Shown here: piece after piece, positions 11,751-24,951 of the stretch
Layout: every line of letters starts with the position of its first letter
How positions within the stretch are numbered: position 1 is the first letter of the stretch
Assembly: GCA_051294905.1 (NCBI GenBank)
Contig: CM119372.1
Coordinates: 20,524,001-20,588,000 of the forward strand
DNA from: Botryllus schlosseri
Taxonomy: Eukaryota
DNA length: 64,000 bases
Direction of reading: 5' to 3'
The notes under the pieces: generated by a model
Told to the model about the DNA's origin: nothing
Databases searched by the model: none
What the model saw: the letters and a program-made list of their open reading frames with translations, nothing else
Made by a program: the position numbers and the translations under genes

Positions 11751-14700
11751 ATATACGTCATATTACTCGGATATAATTTGAAAATTGGTGAGGGAAGGAG
11801 TTAGGTTCAGGGATCGACAACGGGCCGGTTACAAAGGGTGTGAGCCTACACTAAACAGCTTAACCAATAGGTGATGCTTAAACTATGTGCAATTTCCAAG
11901 CAAACGACTTCGCATGCCACACGTACAAATCTTCGATCACAAGAGTTTTATAATTTTGAATTATGAAAACTCATTTGCGTTGATAACAGTGGTTTGACGC
12001 GTCATACAACATGTTATGACGTCATTGACAATGCACATGATTGTGGTCCTAAACGACCCGCAGGTAGCTGAACCTGAATAAGTGTATTCACTTATTTCAA
12101 CCAGTATCAAGTTCGCATTAACGGAAATAGCCTCTGTTTCTACTGCTCATTTCAATGTATGCTATAGCATCAACCGAACGGAAGATTTGCTAGAGTGACT
12201 TTGCGTATTGTTTTAACTGATGTAGTTACCACCAGTGTCAGAGCTGCAACGTGTCGCATCGTCGTTTGCAAGCTGGTGATATGAATCCGGCTGTCTCTGT
12301 TTCACGTCATCGTCAGATTTGAAAAGTCCTCGGTATTTTGACGCACGACAAGTTCACCTGTTGAGCTCAATCGAAAGTACTAATAGCGGAACGATGACCA
12401 ATCAAGGCACCTGATAGTATAATAAAATCTCGTCTGATGGCGTCACGTTCAGCAACAGCAATCGCAAGGGACGGCTCTCGTGATGGTAGAGCGCTACGAT
12501 TAGAATTGTTACCGCACCTGCGTGAACAGAATACTTGTCGAATCTAGAAAATGTATCGTGCGGTATGCGGTATGTAAGTATAGTACGGTATGCGCGTCAA
12601 GTGTTCCGTAGTTATGCTGTCACAGGTTCTGAACAAGGCGTCGCGTGTAGGAGAAAAGCAAAGAAATAGTTGTTGTAGTAGTCCATAAATATTCGTATCC
12701 GTATATTGAGCAAATCATATCTCGCCCGACTTCATCTCCTTCAATTAGAATGACTTCAATATTATCGTAAATCGCACAAACGCCGCCAATCATTGTGAAA
12801 CCCCGTGATTGCAATTCGCGCAGATGCAGATGTATTTTCGAACAAGAGCAAACCAAAATTCCGTCCCGAGTTGGACGAACACGATAATTCCGTGAGTTTA
12901 ATTGCATATACGGCGACAGAACAATTAATTTTCACTACCTCTTCCAGATCAATCGGTTCACAGTGTCTGGCTTCGGATTATTTGAGCGACTAATCACTGA
13001 ACTTCCGTTTTTAGTTATTACGGTTCTGGCTTGTCACGGATTTTATGTGATGGTGACTCATTGAACTTCCGATTCTCGCATGACTGCGTTTGATTGCCCT
13101 CCCGATATGTATCGCTCAGTATGCCAATGGAAGAAAACTAAATAAGATATGCAATTTTGTAGATACTCTCTAAGGTTGACTGAGTGAACTTAACTGTTCA
13201 CACATGACGAATGACCCACATTGACCTGACTTAACTTCTAACTGACAACAAACGGGTATCGCGGAGCGAACATAATTCGAGACGAGTTTCAAGCTTACAA
13301 AGTAACGATTTCTATGCAATCAATCCGAGTTTCTCGGCATTATGGTTAGATATAAGATATTAAAAATCAGATATCAGAATCCCATTACGGTTTCAATCAT
13401 ATCGACTTTCGTCACCGAAGTCTTGTTATTCCAGTTTCCGAGACACATCCACACGCCGCATGAATGGAACAAAAAGATCCGCCCGTGTATCTTGACACGC
13501 CACGAAATTTCTGAAGTGCTTTTCACAACACTATAATGACGCAGACGATGTGTCACGTTCATGGCCGCTTGCGCGATCCCACATCATTATGTATCAGTGA
13601 TTTTCTTTAAATACCCACACGACGCCGGCGCGAGGAAATTGATTGACTCAGAGATAGCCTCTGACATTCAGTTCCTCGAAGCACTAACTCAGCAGATTTG
13701 GTTCGTTTCAAAGCTGTTTTTTTGAAGTTTTAGAAGGGAAAAAACCAGCGAGGCTCCGAAATTGACGATTCTTATCCCGTAGGAACCTTGCAATTGATCC
13801 GCTTTACTTTGTAAGAGCACTGTACACGAATACCGCTTTCATATGGTGCAATTTCTGTTGAGTCAGGCGTTTAATGTTGTGTTAATGTCTGATTCATCGC
13901 GTATTTATTTCAGAAGGGTGTTCAGACAAATTGTTTAAAATAACGCGGTTAATACATAGTGTATAAGCCTACATATGTTTCAATTTCGATATCTCAGGAA
14001 GTTTCAAAATTAGAAGGCAAATTTCTGAGGTCGTTCTTTCATAAATTTGCATATGAACAAACAGTATGTTGCATGAGGAAATCGGACTTTACCGGTTAGC
14101 TCGAAAATTCGGGATATGTTACTTGGAAAGCATCCCCATTTCCAGCGTATATGCATAGTATGCTAGCATACCTTTGATTGACAAGTATAGCGGTGCAACC
14201 GGCGAGGTTTCACCTGCGATGTATATCCTCCCGAATTGCTCGTTTTATATGCCCTCTTTATGACGTCAAAACACTATTTTACGCTGCGTCTACCATAAAT
14301 ATCTTATTCCGGGTAGGCTCATACGTCATTGTTAAAGGCCAATGTTCCAGGCCAATTAGCAAATTAGATCCAGATTTCAATGAATGTAAGGATCCGAATA
14401 TCATCAACTTCGCGAGCAGACAAAGTAATTATAATCTGAAGTGCTCAATTTCAGATTACAGTTCTAAGAATGTGGACTGGAGAATTTGAGATTTCCGTAC
14501 ACGCCAGTTGCTGCAGTTATCAATCAGTCAGTAGTCACTGTGAATGTTATACTAAAATACGTAAGCCTAAATGAAATATAAGGCTACTAGATATTGATAC
14601 ATGTTCAATGTTCATGTTCAAATGTTACATCATTTCCGCGATTTCATTTTAAGATATGCCGCGTGACAAGTGACCAAATAGCTATAACAATTTTTTCGAC

Positions 14701-15564
14701 ATGACATTCTGATTCAGAAAACTTACACACAGTCCAGACTCTCAAAACACTTACAGGAAACTATACGCCTCTATAATTTCTTCATTCATGTCTATAGGAA
14801 TCTGATTCGCCAGTTACAGCTCGAGTGTCATGCTAATTTATCAATTGCGATAATGGATGATGAGAAACGTGGGCGACCATAATCGAGTATAAAGATAAAA
14901 ACGTAAAGCGTGTACTCAGTAGGCAACTGGTACGCCTATATGTGGAAGAGTCAATATATACTCCTCTGGAAATTTTATCTCTCCCATATGTGGTTTCCGT
15001 TAATTCATTTCCGCAAATAAAACAGCATCGTTAAACGTCACATCGTATATCTTGACCTGCGCGTGGAACAGGATATCTCTAAATTTCAGCGGGAAGGAGT
15101 CGAGTTTCAAATAAGGTCATCACTTGACATGGGAAAATTCTCCCAAACGCCGGTCCGTAGTTTGAAATCACTTCACTTAATATATCTCTTCTGTAATGTA
15201 CATATACAATATACATGTTGCATGCTTGCATATGTGTGCACTATGCATGTATGTACAGTTGTAAACAACAACGTATTTATCAGAAGTACGTCTTGATATC
15301 TCAGTACTATATGAGTAGGCGCGTTTACGAATAGAAATATAGAAGCTTGCAATCGAAAGAGTGGACACGGTCAACTGGACAATGGACATGGACAAGGACA
15401 TATCGCAAATCTGGAATTTCTGCTTCGATGACCATGTACCCAATCGTGGCTGTGACCAGCTATGAAGAAATTAGCTAATTGAGATTAGTAAACTTGAAAC
15501 ACCAATACGTATTTCGTGGGTAATTCCCTCAAACTTTGCAGATAAGGAATACATTCTATGTTCA

Positions 15565-15907
15565 TAAGGGCTGTTCAAAAATAAGTTCTTTTTCTGGATT
15601 CCGGCCATTCAGTCATTAAATTGTTAGGTTACCCTAAAAAACGCTGCACACCAAATTTTGTTCAATTTTAACAAGTATAAGGCTCCGCAGATCCAATTAA
15701 AATTTTTAATTTTTACAGGAAATTTAAAAAAAATTCAAATTTTTCTGTCAACCCCATGAAATTGTTGAGCTATCTTCAGAGACGACGTAAAACAAATTTG
15801 ATTCAATTCCAACCAGTAGAAGCGGAGTTATTTGAATTTTCCTTGATAATTCTCGGATTATCCTTGATTGGTGGATAATTCTCGGATTATCAACGAAAAA
15901 CTCCAAA
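15565..15907. mobile_element. Truncated TAGGGCTGTTCAAAAAT-family MITE
   Basis: Left end AGGGCTGTTCAAAAATAAG and about 330 bp closely matching the 41293 copy; right TIR missing. Confidence 0.8.
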
Positions 15908-17494
15908 CGGGAAATGCTAATTCAAGAAGTTTGCCGTACCTTGAGTTGAGAGGAATTTCACTTTAACCTGGTGCAAACTCCCAAGCACTGGAAATGATCT
16001 CTGTCGCGTTTGAGGATAATTTGATCTAATTCGTGTTTACTAACACGCAGGCGAAGATTTTCCGTCATATAAGAATGCGAGACGAAAATTCGGACAATGT
16101 CACTTACGCAATGTTGGCGTACCAGAACATTTATTGGTAATGATAAAAGTTGTGTCACCGTGAAACCATGGAAATACGCATCTGCAGATACGTAACAAAT
16201 CCGTAGTGTTGTGAACATACTTTCGCTGCAAAATCGGCCGGTGTATGTATTTACAGCTGTAGAGGTATATAATGATAATTTCTGTAGAATCACCAAGATG
16301 ATCTTTACCAGACTATAGACGAATTGGAATACGATACGTCAAAGTTATCCACCTTCTCGATACTTTCGCTATCAATTTTTATCAGCTCAAAATACCACAA
16401 GATTACGATACTATGAGTAAAGGGAGGAGTACAAATAGCGCGGTGGGCTCTATTAATCAATCGCCCCTGGTGCCTAAAAGCATGTTAGATAGAGGCACCC
16501 TGCATTCAGCTTGCACGGATGAAAATACAGATATAATCACAATAAAAAAGGGCAAGTAGTCTATCTAATTACGGGGGGAAAACATACGGTGGGATGAGCT
16601 ACATAAGCGAAATATTTACGTCCAGAACGAGAATAAGTTGAATCTGTAACATTTTCACTTGGATATTTGTACGTCGAAGGGCACCCTGACAGTCGGAGGA
16701 AAACCGTTCCACAGTTGACCTTCCACGAACTTGAGTGAGCGTTATGCTCTGACGCTCTTTGTAGAAATATTGTGATATCAAGACGACGATGGTCTATGGC
16801 CCTCGATGAGCCTTATCTAATACTATTTGAAGTCCGGGAGTGCCGAATGCAGGTATTACTGCGATGAAATCTGTATAGGTGCGAATTCGTTATAAATGAT
16901 TATAACGTAAAATTAGTTTTGCTGCGCTTGGATCTATTATTTGGCGAAGAAGTCACACTGATGACATAATAGTTCCAAGGTTCATGACACAGGTATGGAT
17001 CGAACATGAAACCATTCTCAGGACTCCCATAGGACGCCGAGTTCAGTCAACAATTTCGCAGTTTGGGTCCGTAACGTTAGTATGATTGATGACTCTTTTC
17101 TTGGCAGGTTGATAGTCATGGAAATACTTGGGTTGGGTACTGGCCTACTGGAAGAGGCGTCAAATTTGTGTTTTTCCCATGCTGTTTGCTTATTTGAATT
17201 TCTAGTTTCGTTATCACTACTGTCGCAATATCTTGCACCAAATCCATATAGGTATCATGCAACTCTTCGCCACATATAACCTAGAGTTGATGACATTAAG
17301 TGAATAAAATATTTTTATGTTGTCCAATTTCATTTATTCCAGTGGTGTGGGTAGATGATATGATTTCCGTTCTTTTTCAACTTTGATTGTGGTCCTCGAT
17401 CACGATTACATGTACGCTTCAACCAGCAACATGGTTCCATTTCCTCATATCTCAACCAAACGCCTGTCTACAGTTCAATTGAGTCACTGTACCG

Positions 17495-18376
17495 CAGGGG
17501 TCTCAAACTAAAATGTGCTCGAGGAACAATTTTCTAGTTTTTGCTGGCACCACGGGCCGCAGCACCAATAATAGGGGTATTCTATGTATTCCCAGTAAGC
17601 CTTATTTTACGGGACCTTGCAGACTGTCATTGTACAGGTACACACATCGTGCAAATGTGATTAACTATTGTGAATACACGCCTGGCTCGAAAAACAATCA
17701 CACTTTTAAATATTTGAATAAAATTGTTGTTGTGCTTGGCATAGTTAGTCAAAATAATTAGTTATAGACACCATGCGAGAGCACAAATGCATCATGACAT
17801 CGTAAAAGCTGTCGCGTTATAATTTTGCAGCTATAGCGGACAACGATACATCAAGGGGCAACAGAATGCTAATGGTTGCCATACCGACTTGCTTAAATAG
17901 CGAAATACACTATGCAGCACAAGCTACGACCTTTTGATATCACTATTTCCGAAAAAGTTTGATAAATTAATTTTTATTGATTACGTGGTCGTACCAAGTC
18001 ACGGCGTCATTATCTGATTGTAACGTTTGACCCGACTCAGCTCGAATACTTTTATTTTATCACCCATTCAGTCCGAGTTCGAGTATTCTACAAAAGGTCG
18101 CGCCCGAGTCCAAATCACAATTTTCAGTCAAAAATCGTCGACGGATCATGTTGTACCACCATAAACAGGTAATGTGACGTAATAGCTGATCTTCCACCCG
18201 CACGGTAACTTTTGAAAGTGATGTGATAGTGAAGTTGATGAGTAGTTTCAGGTTTTTTGGAGTAGTTTTAGAGCAAATTGTAAGTTCTCAAATCTAAAAA
18301 AAGATATGTGGCAGTCGAATACTTCAAAATCTAAAAATGCTGACGCGGGCCGCACAAAATGTGTTTGAGACCCCTG
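17495..18376. mobile_element. hAT (Charlie-type) non-autonomous element
   Basis: TIRs CAGGGGTCTCAAAC / GTTTGAGACCCCTG; TSD ctgtaccg vs ctttatcg (6/8). Confidence 0.85.
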
Positions 18377-20506
18377 CTTTATCGTGTCTCCATTGTTCCA
18401 AGGTGTAATAATTTGCTGCCATGTAATTTACACATCAGAGTCGGCGAATCCTGTGAGTTTATGTAAATCGTCAATTACCAGGTGTTCAATGGTTCGATCG
18501 CCGGCGAGATTATTCCTGGTGAACGTATAATTAACTATGTCTGATCGAAATCCCGTAGGAATCGTGTATCACATCCTATTAAGAAGGATACAAAAGTGTC
18601 GGAAATCCATTCGCCACGATAAACCCGCAAAGAGCGACGTTATAATAACTTTGTCTTTCCGAGACATTGGCTTTTACGGGCAAGATCAATGAGGAGAAAA
18701 AGAAGTCCAGAGCAAAGTGACGCTTATTAGGCTAATTCGTGAATGATTATATACCTGCTCAAATAGTGACATCCGTGGGGATATGACTCACCTACAGTGC
18801 GCGAAAGTTTTTGTAGACGAATTCAAGAATCAATGCGAGCCGCGGCGCAACCCGTGACATACGACACCACGCAACTGAGGAAGTCAAACCGTTTCGAAAC
18901 CCAGTAAAACATTTTTCGGAACAAAAGAAGTCCCCGCGCTTGACAAAGAAAAATATGCAATACGACGTAACCGACGAATTTCGGACCGAATTAAAATACG
19001 CAACCGTACAAAGATGAGAAACGGTATTACATGTAATCACATAAGCAATATTTAATAATGTAGATGGTAACGAAAAATCTTTGTTACTACAACGATAATA
19101 ATAGCCGGTAAGCAATTTATCGGGTATACATGAGGACGCTCAGGTGTTGTAAATAAATATATCTCGATTAACGATTCCTTTGTCGTCCGGTATCTCTGGA
19201 AAACAGCCGCTTTGCATCCCAAAATAATGGTACCTGACTCGAAACAATTTTTGCATTTGTGTTGACATTATACATGTACATTGTACATTATCTACATACG
19301 GTGGCATATTTACAACACAGATGTCAATACATAGTCTCTACGTTTTGCTCGAGCCGTGATAAGACTGCATAATGCATATAGATAGGAATTGTGACGATGG
19401 CTTGATTGACGAAACACGGACAGCCGCGACGATTCGTCTGCGCTCATGAAATTGATAATAAACACAATTGATGATCGTACTTTGAAACATAGTCTGATAC
19501 GATGATGTGCTGTCATGCGTCACTCCAGTTATATTGCCTGTAGCTTTCATTACGCTCATAAAATTACATGTAGGCCCCCGTGTTTCTTGGTATTCACACG
19601 TTGATATTTTAAATTAATGAGTGATTATCGTCCATGAATAATAGTATAATTTTCCAAACGCGCAATAACTTTTACTTCACGGATGAAAGCCCGACACAGC
19701 TTGTATCGCATTAAATGTTGCCTGTTTACATTACAGTGTTTGATCTCTGTGAATTCTGCTAGTTGAGTTGTCTGTGTAAGTGTGTATGTATGTGTCTCTC
19801 ATTCAGCGTCGCAACTGTGGCGGCATATTTTCTCCGGACAGGTTGAATTCGCCGAATTGAAATAAGCAGGCCTACTGGTGTATTTAAATTATTGACTAGA
19901 TTTAGCGAATCCGCGAAAGATAAATTGTAACCCATCACCGGGTTTAGTCACTTATCCATATTGCGCAAAATACGATGCTACAACAACGGCGTCACCTGCT
20001 TTCACGTGAAAACTCAATCTTTGTTTGTAGTACGTTTTCAATCAATTTTAGTAAATAGTACGTCTAGCACTGTGTACGCCGATTATGGATTAGCAAAATC
20101 GAATTTGTTATCTACGTGGGACAGGAAAACAAGGAAGTGCTAACGAACCTTTCGTCCTGGTTTCAAGTAATCTTTCTCGCTTTTCTTTGTATGTCATTGA
20201 TTACGATTATGTAGCAATGAATAATAGTGATTCGCTATCAAATCACTAGTAAACACCAGGCCAGTTTATTTTCTTTGTAGTAACTTTCATTGTTCATGCA
20301 GTGTACTGTACAGTACATTCACTCTATAGTTGTTCGAGAGAACTGAACAGTCTGGTTTCGGTAGGTTATGTGAGAGGAAGGGACAGGCATTCATAACTTA
20401 CTGCACAGTGCACACACGCTTCAGCTGACTTCCGACTCCATGTTCATTGTTCATGTGTGTTGTTTGTGTGCGTGGGTCAATCCACGCAGCGCGCACATCG
20501 TGGCAC

Positions 20507-22631
20507 CATAGTGTCCTATATGGTGTCGACACAAGCAAATCACACGGTTCAATGAAATTGTATCACGTCACAGTTTCCATTTGGCTACAGGCAATTTGAC
20601 GGTGATTTTTGACCGGCTTGCCGAGCATTAAATTTAATGAATCGGGTATCAATCGAAAGCTGACGCTGTACTGCTTGCGAAAATATAAATTTTATTCCAC
20701 TCATGGCCCTGGAACCCCCACAATCAGCCCCAAATTATTCATTGTCCAGTAGATTGGCAGTGTGACGCAACAATGCTGTCTGGCGAAACGAGAGACTAGC
20801 TCAAGAGCAAGGATGCGGCCGAGCGGCGAGAGTGGGATCAGCTGACGTCGCGGCAATAGCAATGTGCAACCGCGCGACAGAGAAACGCCGCGCTGTTGAT
20901 ACTTTTTCTATGCGCTTCGGTACAAGCGAGCACACACCAGCCTTTCCTTGACTTGTAAGGGTAGAACTGGGTCCACAGAATGTATTAGGGCTCTACCAAT
21001 TTTCGCGCAATATCCTTCAGCTGATAGAGATATGTAGGCTACGTCTAAGTAGTCTACATTGGATATGTCAGATTATTATGATATCGATTGCCTTAGCCCG
21101 CTTGTTGCGTAGGGCTCCAGAGATGCGTGGCGCTGTTGATACTTTCTATAGGCGCTTCGCTAAAAGCGAGCACACACCAGCCTTTCCTTGACTTGTAAGG
21201 GTAGAACTTGGTCCACAGAATGTATTTGGTCCCTACCAATTTTCGCGCAATATCCTTCAGCTGATAGAGATATTTCTAGTAAGAAAAATATACTTTCAAG
21301 TAATAAGATTCACTCAAGACAGCAAATTTAGATAATGTAAATATATCATATTGTAGTAATACAACTACAGTGTTGAGTTTTCACTCTAGTCCCCATAAGC
21401 ACCACGTCGGTGACTTTGACACTAAATTCCGAGATGGCGAAAAAGTGCAAACTCTGTTGGGCCGAATGGACAATGGACATTCAGTTATTCACAGATGCGA
21501 AAAAATAATGCAAATCCGTTTTACGTAAGTTACATTAGGAATATAAATACAGGCTACAGAATGAATATAATTCAAATATCTGTGATACCACTGTATTACT
21601 TTTGACGCAAAAGGTCCCCGGCATTAAAAAAAACTGTTTGGTGATTGAAAAATGCTAAACCAAATTCCAACGTCAACGTTTATAGTGATATCAGATATAT
21701 TCCAGTGAAAAACAAAGGTATGAATTTGGTGGTAAAACATTTTGGAATCATTTGGCAGGTATGTCCCGCAAGCTTTCTAGTAACGGATTGAATCCGGACA
21801 GCGATACCAGTTTAATATTCGACACTCCTGCTGTTAAACTTTATTCAACAATCAACATTTTACCTGCTGCATTCGCGGACCAAGTCCTACCCATACGGAT
21901 AAAATAAAAGCTTGTAATGTATGCTCATTGCTCATGCTCAATGCTCCTTGCTCACACTTAACCATAAAAGCGACTATAGAAAGTATCGACACCCGCCATC
22001 AACAGCGCGACGTGTCTCTGGAGCCCTACGCAACAAGCGGGCTAAGGCAGTCGATATCATCATAATCTGACATATCCAATGTAGACTACTTAGACGTAGC
22101 CTACATATCTCTATCAGCTGAAGGATATTGCGCGAAAATTGGTAGGGCCCTAATACATTCCGTGGACCCAGTTCTACCCTTACAAGTCAAGGAAAGGCTG
22201 GTGTGTGCTCGCTTGTACCGAAACGCATAGAAAAAGTATCAACAGCGCAGCGTTTCTCTGTGGCGCGGTTGCACATTGCTATTGCCGCGACGTCAGCTGA
22301 TCCCACTCTCGCCGCTCGGCCGCATCCTTGCTCTTGAGCTAGTTTCTCGTTTCGCCAGACAGCATTGTTGCGTCACACTGCCAATCTACTGGACAATGAA
22401 TAATTTGGGGCTGATTGTGGGGGTTCCAGGGCCATGAGTGGAATAAAATTTATATTTCCGCAAGCAGTACAGCGTCAGCTTTCGATTGATACCCAATTCA
22501 TCAAATTTAATGCTCGGCAAGCCAGTCAAAAATGACCGTCAAATTGCCTGTAGCCAAATGGAAACTGTGACGTGATACAATTTCATTGAACCGTGGGATT
22601 CGCTTGTGTCGACACCATATAGGACACTATG
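20507..22631. mobile_element. Long-TIR foldback DNA transposon, Galileo/P-superfamily-like, non-autonomous
   Basis: Inverted arms of about 630 bp (20507-~21140 and ~21997-22631) starting CATAGTGTCCTATATGGTGTCGAC; perfect 7-bp TSD gtggcac (20500-20506, 22632-22638); an internal ~140-bp subrepeat is duplicated on the left side (20888-21030, 21130-21273). Confidence 0.9.
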
Positions 22632-24354
22632 GTGGCACGAGTGCACGTACAGTCGTACACGGCTCTCTCACGAATTGATAGGTCGTGCATATACCATTAT
22701 ACCTACCTCGCGTAATGACAATCAACACACTGGCTTCATCGAAGCAACGCAAATCTCAAATGTCGTGGCGTATCTAATGCTGTGAGCAAAACGTGGAATT
22801 GTGCTTAATCTCACGGTCCCACGGTATAGCGCAGGATGTGTTGATATCTTCCGCAAGGCACACGCAAGCTTGCCACGACACCGATGAAAAAAATTAATGC
22901 GACGTGTGATATATTTGCGATAGACCGCGTGCTAATGTGATAAGACGGTAATATCCGACGATACTACTTGAAGTCGCCTATGTAGTAGCGCTGACGACGA
23001 ATAGAGCGACGCGTTAAACTTAGAAGTTAATTCATGTTAACGTCCTTTTATCCGGCGCCGAAAACCTCACACAAATGCTCTGATGGTAACTCCTAATTGT
23101 AACCAGGGGTACATCCATAATACCATAAGTCATGACAAAAATAAAGAAATAACAGTAGCTCAGCTGACCGCTTCAAACAGAATAACAGAAAATCAATGAA
23201 AGTCAATACGGCAATAGCATTCAAACTTCAAACTCTTCGGCTTCCCGCAGCATTACCATATCTAGCGTTGTGCATAATTCCTTAAAATGTGCAAAAATCG
23301 CGTTTTCGCAGATGTACAGACTAAAATGTTTATAACCGGTGCACTGTGCATCATTGTACAGAGCTCCATCAAGCAGGAGGTTGAAACATAACATAATAAG
23401 CATTTCGTGGCGTTCAACCGGACAATTCAGCGGAAATATGATCCCGATTTTGAACTAGTAAAGCCAGAAATATCACACGACATTGAACCGATAATGTCTT
23501 AAAATTGTCTGGTGATTCGAGCCTGGACATCTTCGATACCATGAGCTCGGGTCCGTACGTTGGTTTCATTTTTGGTCAATGGTCATATAGCCTCGGATGT
23601 TCACTGTTCAGAGCGCCTCGAGCATCCGCGTTATCGTATTACTCTTCATGATAGTTTTCGCACGTTGTTTACGTTAAACGCCTCGGAGGTTTAGCATCAC
23701 ACGTAAGGGATACTGAGTCATAGCTTTCACACGCTGTAGCGTGGATCATGCATCTGCGACTTCTGTCAGACAGTGTCGCCGGCTCGCCGCGAAAAGGAAG
23801 CAGCACGAAGCGCCGGCAGATCCCCGACTTCACGCTTCGTGGAAACGGCGACTTGTGACAGATGGCAGACGAGAGAGGGGAACGAAATCACGTCGGGACG
23901 AGTCGATTCGGTATGGACCGAGGCCGGATGTAACGGTGGAGGTGGCAACGGAATCGCAATTAAGTCATCTGGGCTTGCTGCAACTGTGACAAAATAATCG
24001 AGCTGGTCTGCCTATTACGTAATTCCGCGTGCCGCGCGGGGATCGAGCTAGATACATTTATGATATGAACTATATTGCACAATGCACATGCACAATGACT
24101 TCCCTGCTGGAAAAATTTCACGGCCTACTTTTACATAAGGCCACCACATTCAGTAAAGTAAACTTCAGTATACAGCCTTCAAGTGGCTACTTTTATCACT
24201 CTTTCGTCGGTACCATCAACTATGATCCACTTCCTGGTCACGATATGTTTACTGAACCAATCCCACCTATCATTTATTGAGCGGCAAAACCATCTGATGT
24301 ATGCATTGAATATATGTTGAAAATTGAAGAGCTTCTTGGAGGTACAGAACTTCA

Positions 24355-24862
24355 ATATACAATTGAATTGAAATGAGCCGAATATTTCCGGCTGACACTC
24401 GTCAGGGGTAATCGTCAGCAACTAGTAGAGAGGCTCGGTGAAAAGCTCACCCTTAACTCATCCGCTTAAGCTTGATGCTGACCGATCAAAGGCCATTAAT
24501 TCTGCCATTGGCAAATATCTGTTAGATAATCCGATCTGTGCGAATAATTATGGAGACGACAGATTTCGCGTCGTTGGCAGGGGCCGTTCACACTTCCATT
24601 TGTGTGCCTTGGAGTCGACTTTTATCAAAATACACGAACCTAAACTCTGTCAACAAATGGAGTTCGTGAACCACCTAAAAATAGTACATTGCACGCTCTC
24701 TCATTCGAAATTTCATGCTGGTGACGTCATATTATTTGATACGATTGTTGATATACAATGTTCTTTCCAATTCTCTAATAGTTGCTGACGATTAACCCTG
24801 ACGAGTGTCAGCCTAAAGTATTCGGACTCATTTCAATATGAATTTACTATTCAATTGTATAT
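24355..24862 (+). mobile_element. 5'-truncated Penelope-like retroelement with inverted terminal repeat
   Basis: Segment 24355-24431 is an inverted copy of 24771-24862, and the two enclose a GIY-YIG C-terminal fragment. An inverted partial pseudo-LTR is characteristic of Penelope-like insertions. Confidence 0.8.
24480..24686 (+). pseudogene. Penelope-like GIY-YIG endonuclease C-terminal fragment
   Basis: SAIGKYLLDNPICANNYGDDRFRVVGRGRSHFHLCALESTFIKIHEPKLCQQMEFVNHLKI resembles the recalled PLE endonuclease tail (SAI..HL..N..C...Y....F.I.......F.L..LE..YI....P.LC.QKEF). Confidence 0.78.
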
Positions 24863-24951
24863 CGACAATTCCGAAAATCAGACTTCCGTCGCATTTCTCG
24901 CAAGATCTCCCAATGTCAGTCTAATTGTAATCAATGATTTATGATGTTTAT

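Noticed and set aside
18470..18650. Possible SINE or tRNA (GGTTCGATC at 18491)
   Set aside because: Only a B-box-like motif; no convincing A box, cloverleaf or second copy.
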